This document shows, piece after piece, positions 52,632 to 62,485 of a stretch of 64,000 nt of DNA. The DNA comes from Candidatus Tayloriibacteriota bacterium. GTDB lineage: Bacteria; Patescibacteriota; Minisyncoccia; Phycocordibacterales; HO2-43-120. The number at the start of each line of letters is the position of its first letter. The first letter of the stretch is position 1. The notes beneath the pieces were generated by a model. That model saw only the letters and a program-made list of their open reading frames with translations, ran no database searches and was not told the origin of the DNA. The stretch lies in assembly GCA_039934295.1 (NCBI GenBank), contig JBDTMN010000003.1:10625-74624 (forward strand). Direction: 5' to 3'. The position numbers and the translations under genes are program-made.

Positions 52632-55412
52632 CTACAAACTGCTCTCCGGCGGCTTTTTCTCGTACTTTCTCATAATTTCTTCCTCTACATCTGCCCTCTC
52701 TTTGCCGAACTTCAAGTATGAGAGTTCCTTCAATTTATCGACATTTTCTTTCTTGCCCGTGTCTGGCGACACGGTTTCAATATTAAAGGGCTTCACCGGC
52801 CGACCGTTGCTCAAAAGCTTGAGATAGGCGTTTCGGTTATCTATATTCATAAGGTCCTTCATTGAAAATACCGGAGAAAACTGCTTCTCCAAATATTCCG
52901 CGTCTTCCGCGCCGACACGAAATGCGGCAATGGAGCCCACGTTTCCAAAAACGGAATCTCGAATGCTCTCCTCAAGCTGGGCGATAAACTGATGCGCGAT
53001 AATGAGCCCAAGCTTGTATTTCCTCGCCTCGGAGAGAATCGTCGAAATCGAATTTGTCGTAACATTCTGAAATTCATCAATGTAGAGATAAAAAGGAGGC
53101 AGATTTTTGTGGAACGAATCAACCCGAGAGAGCGCCGCCATCAAAATTTTGCCGACCAAAATGAGCCCCAAAAGATTGGCGTTGATTTCCCCTAAACGAC
53201 CCTTTGCAAGGTTGACCAACAGAATTTTTTTCTCGTCCATTATCTGCCTGAAGTTAAAACTGGACTTTTCTTGAGCGATAATCGGCCGCATGATGTCATT
53301 CGAGAGAAACACGTCGAATTTCGAAGTGATGTACGGCACGATATTGGCGAGCGAGGCTTCCCCACCGGCTTTCTCCGCCACCTCTCTCCAAAATTGAACG
53401 ACAATCGGATTCTTGCACCGCGAGAGCTTCAATTCCCTGAAACTTTTTTGCGCCAATACTCTCGAGACATCGAGAAGGGTGTTCCCGCTCTCCGGGTCTT
53501 CCATCGAAAGCAGAACTGCGTTTCTGAAATATTGTTCGAACATAGGACCTCCCGCCGTTTTCATATCGAAGAGCTTGTTGAAGATGGAGAGCATCTCGTT
53601 CACCACAAATGTTTTTTGCTCCGGAAATCTAATGTCGTACTCGAGCATGTTTAAAGCCATCGGGCGGGCGGTGTAGCTTGGGTCAAAATAGATGATGTCC
53701 TCGTATCTCTCTTTTGGCACCATGGCTAAGACATCCTGAATGTCGGAGCCGTGTGGGTCGATGAGGCAGACCCCCTCGCCATTCGCGATATCCTGGGCAA
53801 TCATGTTTTTCAAGAGCGTCGTTTTTCCCGTACCAGTCTGGCCGATAGTATAGAAGTGCCGGAGACGGTCATCGGGTCCAATATAAATCGGAGTTTCTGT
53901 GTTCCTGTTTTTGTTTATCCCAAGAAGAATTCCGGTAGATGCGAGACCGATTGGAGCGGGAGCGCTCGCCGCTTTCGAGATTTTCAACTGTGGAGCCGAT
54001 TTGATTTCAGTCGATGGCAAATGCATCATGGTGGTAAGCTCCTTCAGACTCAACGGAATTTTTTCATCCTCGTTATAGAGTCTGAAAGAAAAATCTTTAA
54101 GCAGTTTATTCAGTTTCCCCTTTTTGAGTTCTGTAAATGCAAGCCTGTTGCCGTGGCTGTTTTCAAACTGGTTGAACGCGGACTGCACGTCGCGCAAAAT
54201 AGACAGCGCCCTCGATTCCTCTTTTGCGGAAGCGACGATACGAATGTTCGTAGCGACGATTGGACTTGCAATCTTGAGTTTGATATCTTCCACCACTAGT
54301 TCGTCTACATTTCTGAGTTCTTTCTGCTTTTCTTTCTCCTCCTTTTCCTTCTTATTGGTGAGATCTCTCGCAACCTCCTTGCCAAATTTAAAGACGTGCC
54401 CAAAGACTGTTTCAGGAAAATCTATGGCTTCTTTCACCTTAACGCCTTTCCCGATTCGCTCAAGCGCGTACTTGTATTTGGAAGTATACTCGTCCCCGAC
54501 AGGCTTAAAGACAATCTGAATTGCCGCTCCCTCGCCGTCCCGCTCGATTTTAGAAAAGCTATTCAGAACCACGTTCAGAGGATCGTGGTCAAACTGGTCA
54601 TATGTTTTGAGAGAAAAAATAGGATTCTTCGCTGACTCGGCGGACGAGCCGAGAGAGACCCCTCGACTGTCGAAAATGTTGTAGTCATCCTTTCGCTCGG
54701 AAATCCTAGCATTATGGAAAATAGAGAGAACCTGTTTTTCAAAAAGATCGCGCTTGGAGTCCGGCACCGCCGCGAAGAAAATAAATTCGTTACTGTGGTT
54801 TTCAACCGCGAGCTCAATGGTAAAGTAGTTTGGCCCCCTGTCACTTCTGTCGGACACGGAGAGCATACCTGCGTAAAATTGCTCCATTGAGGACACGAGC
54901 TCCTTGAGCGTCTTTGGATTTTCTTCCTTTGCCTTCTCCGGCAGAGTGATTTCGTAAAGAGTCATTTCGAGAGCGCGAAACAGCGGGTCTTTTTCTTTTA
55001 TTCCTTTCACTTCAAATCCGGCCTTAATATATTGAACCAAAAAACGCTCGAAATCATCTTCAAGATGGGGACTCCCGAGCTCTTCGATGATTGAAAGAGT
55101 ATTTTTAATGCCCTTTTCCTCGAGTATTCCGAGAAATTCACTCATCTTCTGGTCGTGCTCTTCGGGCGTGAGGTCAAGTACAATTTTCCCGCGCTCCTCC
55201 TTTGACATTTCAAATTGAGGGTGGAGAACCTCGCCTCCCGGAACTTGTTTATACTTTTGGACCTCTTCAGAAATGACCTGCTCCTTTGGTTTCTCGATGC
55301 CTTTTTCTTTGAGCTCTGATTCTCTTTTCGCTACTTCCCCGCGCAAAAAAGAAAGCTCCTCCTCGGGAGTGCTGAATTTCTTCTCAACGGCAGGGAAAGT
55401 AGATTCACTCAT
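52632..55412 (-). CDS. VirB4/VirD4(TraG/TraD)-like type IV secretion / conjugative-type ATPase (AAA_10-like C-terminal domain)
   Basis: Walker A TIGQTGTGKTTLL, Walker B LYIDEFQNV; about 480-aa N-terminal domain without a TM helix. Confidence 0.55.
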   Translation of the reverse strand: MSESTFPAVEKKFSTPEEELSFLRGEVAKRESELKEKGIEKPKEQVISEEVQKYKQVPGGEVLHPQFEMSKEERGKIVLDLTPEEHDQKMSEFLGILEEKGIKNTLSIIEELGSPHLEDDFERFLVQYIKAGFEVKGIKEKDPLFRALEMTLYEITLPEKAKEENPKTLKELVSSMEQFYAGMLSVSDRSDRGPNYFTIELAVENHSNEFIFFAAVPDSKRDLFEKQVLSIFHNARISERKDDYNIFDSRGVSLGSSAESAKNPIFSLKTYDQFDHDPLNVVLNSFSKIERDGEGAAIQIVFKPVGDEYTSKYKYALERIGKGVKVKEAIDFPETVFGHVFKFGKEVARDLTNKKEKEEKEKQKELRNVDELVVEDIKLKIASPIVATNIRIVASAKEESRALSILRDVQSAFNQFENSHGNRLAFTELKKGKLNKLLKDFSFRLYNEDEKIPLSLKELTTMMHLPSTEIKSAPQLKISKAASAPAPIGLASTGILLGINKNRNTETPIYIGPDDRLRHFYTIGQTGTGKTTLLKNMIAQDIANGEGVCLIDPHGSDIQDVLAMVPKERYEDIIYFDPSYTARPMALNMLEYDIRFPEQKTFVVNEMLSIFNKLFDMKTAGGPMFEQYFRNAVLLSMEDPESGNTLLDVSRVLAQKSFRELKLSRCKNPIVVQFWREVAEKAGGEASLANIVPYITSKFDVFLSNDIMRPIIAQEKSSFNFRQIMDEKKILLVNLAKGRLGEINANLLGLILVGKILMAALSRVDSFHKNLPPFYLYIDEFQNVTTNSISTILSEARKYKLGLIIAHQFIAQLEESIRDSVFGNVGSIAAFRVGAEDAEYLEKQFSPVFSMKDLMNIDNRNAYLKLLSNGRPVKPFNIETVSPDTGKKENVDKLKELSYLKFGKERADVEEEIMRKYEKKPPESSL

Positions 55413-55548
55413 GTTGACTCCATTATATAGAGTTTAGCAAAAACCTACAATTCATCGGCAAATAAAAAGTGTAGCGTTTAACTTGTAACGTAAGAGGAGC
55501 AAATTCTTTTTTCTGACGCTACACGTTACACGTTTTACGTTACACATC

Positions 55549-55833
55549 TTAAAGCGACGTCCTCACTTCTTCGAGATTGAGTTTGTCTTTTTCCCTCTTC
55601 TCAAAAGCTGTTACTTCCTCAAGATTTTTCCTAATCTGCTTCAAGGCTTCGTTGTATCTCCCGCTAATTCCCGCCATAACTTCAAGATACAACCCCGCGT
55701 ATGCAAGGTAAAAAGAAGCTTTCTCTTTTTTTGTCATTTCTCTGCCGAAAAATTCCGCCATCAAAGAAGCTGCCTCATCGTATTTTTCCTCCTCCAAGAG
55801 AGATTCAATTTTTTTTGTATCAAGCTCGTTCAT
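55549..55833 (-). CDS. Hypothetical small protein
   Basis: 94-aa ORF between the ATPase and the giant acidic protein. Confidence 0.35.
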   Translation of the reverse strand: MNELDTKKIESLLEEEKYDEAASLMAEFFGREMTKKEKASFYLAYAGLYLEVMAGISGRYNEALKQIRKNLEEVTAFEKREKDKLNLEEVRTSL

Positions 55834-55837
55834 AGAT

Positions 55838-58800
55838 TTATTCTGGCAGGCCTTTTAATATAGTAATAATAAATCCTCTTTTTGCTTTACCTTCAAGAGT
55901 GCCGGGCAAATCTTTACCCACTTTCACGAGCAAATCCCTCACAGCTTTTCTTGCTTGGTCTCCTTTTCTTGATCCGGCCTTATTTCTTTCCAAATGACTC
56001 TTAAGAGCTTTTTGCAACTCTTCGACACTATTCGCCCCAAACGAGAAGTTTTTTAAAGCTTTGGTTATTTCGCCAGAAACTTTTCCGTCGACCGCATCGT
56101 CATTTCTCTTCTGCATCTCATCTTCATTTAATCCCTCAAGGAAATCGACACCCTCTTCGTCTTCCATTCTCTTCAACTCATCAAATTTCTCTTGAGCTTT
56201 GTCAGGGTCCATACCCGGACTCATGAGTTCCGCCAATTGGCTTTGGGCTTTCTCTATCGATATTTCCGAAATCCGCTTCCAAGAATCCAGACTCTCCAAT
56301 AACGATATCCTAATCTGTTTTGTTTGGTTTTCAAATTCTGTCCTTATCTTTGCAAAATTTTCACCTTTCGCGAGAGCCGCGAGACTCGCGGTAATGTTGT
56401 CGCTCACCGTCTTCAATTTTGCAACAGTTTCATCATGCGAGGAAACCTCGTTTTGAAATTTGCCCCCGAAGCCGGGAATCCACTCGCGAAGAAACTTTTT
56501 GAATCCGACATATTTAAATTCTCCTTTTTTCTTTGTAAGCGACTCCTTTTCTCCCTGCAATAGTCCTATTTTGGCTGCAAGGTCGTCAACACTCTTATTG
56601 CCGACAAGCTGTATTATTGCGGCCTCGTTGGCTTTAATTTCGGCTTGATTCTTCTTAATAGTGTCGAGAATATCCGCAAGTCGAATAATCTCTTCTGGAC
56701 TGTTTATGGACTTCGCATCAATTTCACCCTGAATCGCCTCGAGTTCTTCCGGAGTAAACTTACCTGAAACATTTTCAAAAAAGCCCTGAAATTCGCTCTT
56801 AAGCCCGCTTATAACTTTTTCTTTCTTGGTATACACCTCGAAAACTGACCGAATCTTGTCCGCGTCATCGTTTTCAATCCACTCCTCGCTTTCCGGATAT
56901 TGAGCGAGGAAAAGTGGAAATTTGGCGTCATAATTTTGCATCTGCCGAATGCTCATCGCCAGTATTTCCGCGTTCGTAACGCGTGATAGTGTTGCTCCCC
57001 TCATCACTGCCTCGGGCTCTCGCGTTGGTTCAGTTTTCGGCGGCTCAGCTTTAGGCACAGGTTCAGTTTTCAGTGGCTCTTCGGCTTTTGACACAACTGG
57101 TTCTACCGGCTTTTCGACAGGTTTTGGTTCTTCAGGAGGTTCGGTCATCAATAGAGCCTCTCCCGCTGATGGAATTTCCTCATCGGCAGGTTTCAAAGCT
57201 TCAGCATCATTTTTTGGCTCTCCCTTTCCTTCAAGAATTCTCCATGCCTCCTCTGGTTTGAGAGAGTCAATCTCACTTTGTGTTTTACCCATTCCTATTA
57301 GTCGTTCCTGCATATCTCGAGTAATCATAAAGGGTATACCTGCGTCCGCAGAGGATACCTCTCTCTTTGCTGTGGAATTAGAAGACTCTGACGTCAACGC
57401 TTCAGGTTGAGCGGGTAGCTTTTCTTCAGAAGGTGACGCTGGCGGCTTTGGAGCTAGGCCCAGCTCTAGAATTAATTGCTCTTCTTGAGCCAATTCTTCG
57501 GGCGACTTCTGAGGCAACTTTTCTTCAGGCGGTTTTTGTTCCGCAACACCTTCCTCGCCTGGTGGCTTTAAAATGACTGGAGGGGTCACTTCGGGGACAA
57601 CAGGAGCTGTGTCTTCAGGATTTGAAAGTGGAGCAATAGGTTCTGGTTTTTTAACACTTAGTTCGAGAGGTGTCAGATATTTGGCTTTCATGTATGCCTC
57701 TTCAAGCATGGAATATAAAGTTGGATTTTCTTCAATAATCCTTGCCGCTCTTTCCATAGTTTTATGAACATAGTCGTCAATATTTTCTTTTTTTTCTTTT
57801 GAGTCAGCTACTCCTGGTATGCTTTTTATTTCTTGAAAATTTTTATTTACTTCTGCCAAATTTCCTACCTCCTGGTCAGACTCCACAAATAACCTGCGAA
57901 GATAGCCTTTAACATTCCGATCAGAAAATAGCTTTATAAATGCGTCGAACGCGGAATATCTATACACTGGAGAAGTAGTTGATTTAACCTCTTCGAGTTT
58001 ATCTTTGATACGTTCTACCGCAACACTGCCCGCAAGCTCAACATTGTTAAAGACAATAGACGGTTCTTTCTCAAGTCGTTCGTATAAGTCCTCAAAATTT
58101 CTAACAGGTTTAGAAGATTCTGTTCGAGCGGGCTCGACATTTGCGGGTTTAGATTCAGAAGCGCCTATGGGATTTGGAGGGATTTCCTCTTTTTTTGGAG
58201 GAGGCTCAGCTTTTGCCGTTGTCTCTGGCGGTAGTCCTCCGGCTATTTTTCCTCTCTTTTTTCCTCCTTTTTTCTTTTCTCCTTCCCCTTCTTCCCCTTC
58301 TTCCCCCTTGAATCTAGTTTGATTCTTCCCTTTTCTCTCTTTTTTCTCTTTTTTCTCATCTCCAGATTCTGCATCATTTTTCAACAAAGGGGCATCGGGC
58401 TTTTTCGGCGCCCCAAAAGATTCATCGGCAAGATGAGTAACAAGAGGAGCTTCGCCTCCCTTTTTTTCTTCTGTCCCTATTTTAGGTGTTGCCTTCGATA
58501 CTTTTTCTCCCAAAAGTCTAAGCGAGTCAGATAAAGTGGTTTCTTTTTTTCCTTCGACAGGAATAGCTGAATCTTCAATCACACTCTTCTTAAATATCTC
58601 GTGCAATTCATTAGATGCCTTAATCAAACCTTCGTCCCCAGATTCAACTGCGATTTTAGCTCGCTTTTCAAAGAGGGCATCTGTATTTTCAATAACTGTT
58701 TTCCTTGGGTCTCCTACTTTTTTAGAAATTTCTGCCAACCGTTTAAGTATTTTCTCGTCCACTTTTCCAATATCTTTTTTTTGCGCTAGAGAGGCTTCCT

Positions 58801-58897
58801 TCTTTTCTTCAGGAGGTTTTTTGTCTTTGAATTTCGCCTCAAGCGCGTCTAGACCTTGAATTTTTTCAAACCCCGCATTTTCTTTGTCTTCTGCCAT
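55838..58897 (-). CDS. Giant (1019 aa) acidic, Glu/Lys/Pro-rich low-complexity coiled-coil protein
   Basis: Long EK- and P-rich tracts and a KKERKGK basic stretch; no recognisable catalytic motif. Confidence 0.5.
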   Translation of the reverse strand: MAEDKENAGFEKIQGLDALEAKFKDKKPPEEKKEASLAQKKDIGKVDEKILKRLAEISKKVGDPRKTVIENTDALFEKRAKIAVESGDEGLIKASNELHEIFKKSVIEDSAIPVEGKKETTLSDSLRLLGEKVSKATPKIGTEEKKGGEAPLVTHLADESFGAPKKPDAPLLKNDAESGDEKKEKKERKGKNQTRFKGEEGEEGEGEKKKGGKKRGKIAGGLPPETTAKAEPPPKKEEIPPNPIGASESKPANVEPARTESSKPVRNFEDLYERLEKEPSIVFNNVELAGSVAVERIKDKLEEVKSTTSPVYRYSAFDAFIKLFSDRNVKGYLRRLFVESDQEVGNLAEVNKNFQEIKSIPGVADSKEKKENIDDYVHKTMERAARIIEENPTLYSMLEEAYMKAKYLTPLELSVKKPEPIAPLSNPEDTAPVVPEVTPPVILKPPGEEGVAEQKPPEEKLPQKSPEELAQEEQLILELGLAPKPPASPSEEKLPAQPEALTSESSNSTAKREVSSADAGIPFMITRDMQERLIGMGKTQSEIDSLKPEEAWRILEGKGEPKNDAEALKPADEEIPSAGEALLMTEPPEEPKPVEKPVEPVVSKAEEPLKTEPVPKAEPPKTEPTREPEAVMRGATLSRVTNAEILAMSIRQMQNYDAKFPLFLAQYPESEEWIENDDADKIRSVFEVYTKKEKVISGLKSEFQGFFENVSGKFTPEELEAIQGEIDAKSINSPEEIIRLADILDTIKKNQAEIKANEAAIIQLVGNKSVDDLAAKIGLLQGEKESLTKKKGEFKYVGFKKFLREWIPGFGGKFQNEVSSHDETVAKLKTVSDNITASLAALAKGENFAKIRTEFENQTKQIRISLLESLDSWKRISEISIEKAQSQLAELMSPGMDPDKAQEKFDELKRMEDEEGVDFLEGLNEDEMQKRNDDAVDGKVSGEITKALKNFSFGANSVEELQKALKSHLERNKAGSRKGDQARKAVRDLLVKVGKDLPGTLEGKAKRGFIITILKGLPE

Positions 58898-59001
58898 AGT
58901 AGTATCTATTTTACCTTTATTGTAGATAGTTTGTCCACCAATCGCTTCGAGCCTGTTTATACTCTACAGGTAGATTGCAAGCAGGCTCTTAGAATTTTGC
59001 G

Positions 59002-59772
59002 TTAGGGCTTTGTCAAAATTTCCGCATCGCCTTCCGTTATCAAAACTGTGTGCTCGAAGTGCGCGCTTCGGCTCCCATCGCGAGTGCGATAGGTGAAGCC
59101 GTCGTCATCGAGCATAATTTTTTCGCTCCCCATATTCACCATGGGTTCGATAGCAATCACCATGCCGGGAACTAATTCCTCTCCCTTTCCTTTTTCTCCA
59201 AAATTCGGCACATACGGGTCTTCATGCACTTTGTGTCCAACTCCGTGGCCGGAAAGCTCACGAACAATTCCAAAACCATAGGGCAGAATCGCAGATTGCA
59301 CGGCAAAACCGATGTCGCCCACATGATTGCCCCTCTTCGCGGCTTTTATACCTGCATCGAGCGACTTTTTTGTAACAGTGAGAAGTTTTTTACTCTCCTT
59401 GCCGATTTTCCCGACGGCAATAGTTACTGCCATATCCGTAATGAGTCCATTGTGCATGAGTCCCAGGTCCAAGCTCACGATGTCACCCTCTTTTAAAATT
59501 TTAGGTTTTTCGTTTGGTATTCCGTGGACAATTTCATCATTTATTGAGACGCAGAGACTCGCGGGGTAGGGACGCTTTGCACCGTAGGGCTTAAATTGTA
59601 AAAAAGCGGGAGTATCCCCGCCTTCTGCAATCAATGTGTTTGCCAAATCATTGAGCTCGTTTGTCGCAATTCCCGAAGTAACACGGTTCGCGATTTCATT
59701 CAAAATAAGTGCGTGTCTTTTCCCGCCTTCTCGGAGTATCTCGATATCTTTTTTTGTTTTGATGGAAACCAT
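59002..59772 (-). CDS. map: Methionine aminopeptidase, type I
   Basis: Metal-ligand regions DIVSLDLG, ELSGHGVGHKVHE, GMVIAIEPMV. Confidence 0.9.
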   Translation of the reverse strand: MVSIKTKKDIEILREGGKRHALILNEIANRVTSGIATNELNDLANTLIAEGGDTPAFLQFKPYGAKRPYPASLCVSINDEIVHGIPNEKPKILKEGDIVSLDLGLMHNGLITDMAVTIAVGKIGKESKKLLTVTKKSLDAGIKAAKRGNHVGDIGFAVQSAILPYGFGIVRELSGHGVGHKVHEDPYVPNFGEKGKGEELVPGMVIAIEPMVNMGSEKIMLDDDGFTYRTRDGSRSAHFEHTVLITEGDAEILTKP

Positions 59773-59789
59773 TTTTAGAATAGATGAGG

Positions 59790-59900
59790 TATGTTAGTTA
59801 GTAAGTAAGTTAGTAAGTTAGTAAGTTAGTAAGTTAGTAAGTTAGTAAGTTAGTAAGTTAGTATACTAGCGAATCGATTTTAATTTACTAACTCACTAAT
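59790..59900. repeat. Tandem octamer repeat (gttagtaa x ~8) followed by its inverted complement (ttactaac..), forming a long intergenic hairpin
   Basis: Direct reading of the sequence between map and adk. Confidence 0.7.
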
Positions 59901-60502
59901 TTACTATTTATCTTTTGCACAACCTCCCTATGTACCTCCTCAATCGACTGCTTACCGTCAATGGAAAAGAAATTATACGCAACATTTGTCTTAAAAAAGT
60001 TCACTGACTCCATCACATTTTTATCAAACCACTGAAGTCGTGCGGTGATAGATTTTTTGTCGTCATCATTGCGTCCTCGCTCAAGAAGACGGTTTTGTGC
60101 CTCTTCATTTGGAATATCAATAAGAAATATGTAGGGCTTAGCCACTTTATAAAATTTGAGAGCAGAATCAAGCATGAAAGCTTCGTGCAACCTTCGGCAT
60201 ACTCCATCAAGAATAATATGCTCTTCCCCGGTAAAATTTTTTATCAAATAGTCACTCCACAGCCATATAGGAAAAAACTCAGGCCAAAGCCCTCCCTGCG
60301 CCATAACTTCTTTAATAATTTTACTCGTGGAAGTGGATGAAGAATCCACAAACTCACGGCCCATTCTACCCGTCTCAATATAAAGAACGTCGCGATTATC
60401 TTTTTCTTTAAAATACTTCGCGAGAAGTTGAGCTTGAGTTCCTTTTCCCGAACCTGCTCTTCCGAAAAAGAGAACTGTTTTTTGTGAAGTCATTTTATTC
60501 AC
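59888..60502 (-). CDS. adk: Adenylate kinase family protein
   Basis: P-loop FFGRAGSGKGTQA, in the secY-adk-map position. Confidence 0.75.
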   Translation of the reverse strand: MNKMTSQKTVLFFGRAGSGKGTQAQLLAKYFKEKDNRDVLYIETGRMGREFVDSSSTSTSKIIKEVMAQGGLWPEFFPIWLWSDYLIKNFTGEEHIILDGVCRRLHEAFMLDSALKFYKVAKPYIFLIDIPNEEAQNRLLERGRNDDDKKSITARLQWFDKNVMESVNFFKTNVAYNFFSIDGKQSIEEVHREVVQKINSKLVS

Positions 60503-60506
60503 GTAT

Positions 60507-60572
60507 CTTGTAACGTGTAACGTCTGAGAAAGAGATTTCTTTTTCTTACGTTACACGTTTTGCGTTACATGT
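60507..60572. repeat. Family-1 palindromic intergenic element (TGTAACGTGTAACG .. AGAAAGA|TCTTTCT .. CGTTACACGTT..CGTTACA), copy immediately 5' of adk
   Basis: Other copies at 4749-4813 (diverged), 55469-55547, 62403-62485 and 63514-63624. Confidence 0.7.
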
Positions 60573-60578
60573 CTTTAT

Positions 60579-61859
60579 CTAGTACTCGCGCATCGAGACC
60601 TGCCCTTCGATTTTCTTTACGAAATCCAAGACCACCGAAACGGCAATCAAAAGCGCGGTACCTCCGATAGCTAATGTTGGGTCTCCACTTGCGCCCTGCA
60701 TAATAAAAGGCATGACAGCGATAACTGCGAGGAAAAGAGCGCCGACCAACGTGATTCTGGTAACCACTTTTCCGATGTATTCCGATGTCGACCCTCCCGG
60801 CCTTACTCCCGGAACAAAAGCTCCGTTTTTTTGCAGGTTCGTTGAAATGGTAACTGGGTCAAAAGTGACTGCAGTGTAAAAGTAGGTAAAAATAAATACC
60901 AAAATGAAATAGATACTATTATGAAACCAAGGATTTTCCAAGAACGCTAATCCGGATTTGGCAAAAGAAATTATTTGTTCATTTTTCACACCACTCGCAA
61001 AAAAATTTAAAATCATCTGCGGGAAAAGCAAAATGGAAAGCGCGAAGATGATTGGGATCACCCCTGCCTGATTGACTCGCAAAGGCAAGTAAGTGGAAAT
61101 ACCGCCATATACTTTCATCCCTCGAACTCGTTTAGCATATGTTACAGGAATAGGACGTTCGGCTTCTGTGATAGCAACGACAGCAACAACAACTAAAATT
61201 GCAACAATTAAAAAACCGAGTAATTTAGGAATAACTGACGGATCGAGAGTAGGATAAACATACTTAAAAATCAGTTGGCTCGCAACCTGGGGCACTCGCG
61301 CAACAATTCCCGCGAAGATGATGAGCGATGTGCCGTTCCCTATGCCGTATTCCGTAATGAGCTCCCCAATCCACATCAAGAGCACCGACCCGCCGGTAAT
61401 GACGAAGATGTTGATAACGAAATCAAATGTAGCCAGAGGATCTATCACCCCTTGCTTTTGTAACAGGACGAGAAATCCGTACGCCTGAATCGCGGCTAAA
61501 ACGACGCTCATCCTTCTTGATAATTGCGCGAACTTCATCCTTCCTGCTTCCCCCTCCTCGTGGTAAAGTGCCTTCAATTTCGGTGACATCATGGTCAAAA
61601 GTTGCATGATAATCGAGGCGGTGATGTAAGGACCCACTCCGAGCATGACAATAGAGAGTGTCGCGAGACCAGAACCCGAGAAAACGTTCAAAAGGCCGAA
61701 GAATTGATTATTGGAAAAAAAACCTTCTAGTCGCAGAGGATCCACTCCGGGAATTGGTATCGCCGCGAGCAATCGGAAAATCACCAAACCAAAAAGCACG
61801 AACAGAAGTTTCTTCCGCAACATCTTGTCATGTAATAAGAGTAGGATTTTTTCTTTCAT
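60579..61859 (-). CDS. secY: Protein translocase subunit SecY
   Basis: 10-TM protein with SecY signature segments (GVDPL.., IFALSILLFPQ..). Confidence 0.9.
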   Translation of the reverse strand: MKEKILLLLHDKMLRKKLLFVLFGLVIFRLLAAIPIPGVDPLRLEGFFSNNQFFGLLNVFSGSGLATLSIVMLGVGPYITASIIMQLLTMMSPKLKALYHEEGEAGRMKFAQLSRRMSVVLAAIQAYGFLVLLQKQGVIDPLATFDFVINIFVITGGSVLLMWIGELITEYGIGNGTSLIIFAGIVARVPQVASQLIFKYVYPTLDPSVIPKLLGFLIVAILVVVAVVAITEAERPIPVTYAKRVRGMKVYGGISTYLPLRVNQAGVIPIIFALSILLFPQMILNFFASGVKNEQIISFAKSGLAFLENPWFHNSIYFILVFIFTYFYTAVTFDPVTISTNLQKNGAFVPGVRPGGSTSEYIGKVVTRITLVGALFLAVIAVMPFIMQGASGDPTLAIGGTALLIAVSVVLDFVKKIEGQVSMREY

Positions 61860-61866
61860 TTTGTTT

Positions 61867-61951
61867 CACTGAACTGACTCGGAACCTTGACACGGAACTA
61901 AACTGAACTTTCTGTGTGTTTTCCGTGTTCTTCGTCCGTGCTATTCCGTGT
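61867..61951. repeat. Family-2 intergenic element (CACTGAACTGACTCGGAAC..GACACGGAACTAAACTGAACTT..TTCCGTGTTCTTCGTCCGTG..TTCCGTGTT), copy 5' of secY
   Basis: Other copies at 51469-51552 (5' of ndk) and 63075-63159 (5' of rpsE); about 85-90% identity. Confidence 0.7.
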
Positions 61952-62391
61952 TATTTTATCGTTCCGCCGGCTTTCTCAATCTTCGCCTTCGCGCTCGCGG
62001 ACACTGCGCAACCGATTACCATAATTTTCTTTGTAAGTTCCCCATCGCCTAGAATTTTGAAAGACGAGCTCAATCCTTTTTCAGCGCTCACTATGCCCGA
62101 GGATGCAAGGCTCGCCGGAGTCACTTCGCTTCCGTCTGCAAAATACTTCTCAATCGTCTCGAGATTGACTGGGATAGATTTAGGACGGAAACTCTTGCCC
62201 CCTCCCACTCCTCGACCGCGAAGTTTGGGAAGTTTTTTAATGAGATCCCGAAGCTCTGGACGTTTTTTTCTTCCCGCCCTCGCGTTCTGACCTTTCGTCC
62301 CCCTTCCGGAAGTCTTGCCTCTCTTTCCTCCGCGTCCAACGGACATCTTTCTTTTTTGCTGGGTATTTCTTTGTAAGGTGTTTGATTGCAT
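61951..62391 (-). CDS. rplO: 50S ribosomal protein L15
   Basis: GRGTKGQNARAG..RGRGVGGGKS. Confidence 0.9.
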   Translation of the reverse strand: MQSNTLQRNTQQKRKMSVGRGGKRGKTSGRGTKGQNARAGRKKRPELRDLIKKLPKLRGRGVGGGKSFRPKSIPVNLETIEKYFADGSEVTPASLASSGIVSAEKGLSSSFKILGDGELTKKIMVIGCAVSASAKAKIEKAGGTIK

Positions 62392-62402
62392 GTTATTAAA
62401 TC

Positions 62403-62485
62403 ATGTAACGTGTAGCATGTAACGTGTAACGTAAGAAAGAAAATTCTTTTTCTTACTTTACATGTTAAACGTTTTGCGTTACACC
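62403..62485. repeat. Family-1 palindromic element, copy 5' of rplO (occupies the position where rpmD/L30 would normally lie)
   Basis: atgtaacgtgtagcatgtaacgtgtaacgtaagaaagaaaattctttttcttactttacatgttaaacgttttgcgttacacc. Confidence 0.7.

Noticed and set aside
59790-59900. Possible CRISPR array (tandem 8-mers)
   Set aside because: Units are contiguous 8-nt repeats without spacers and are followed by their inverted complement. No cas genes in the window.
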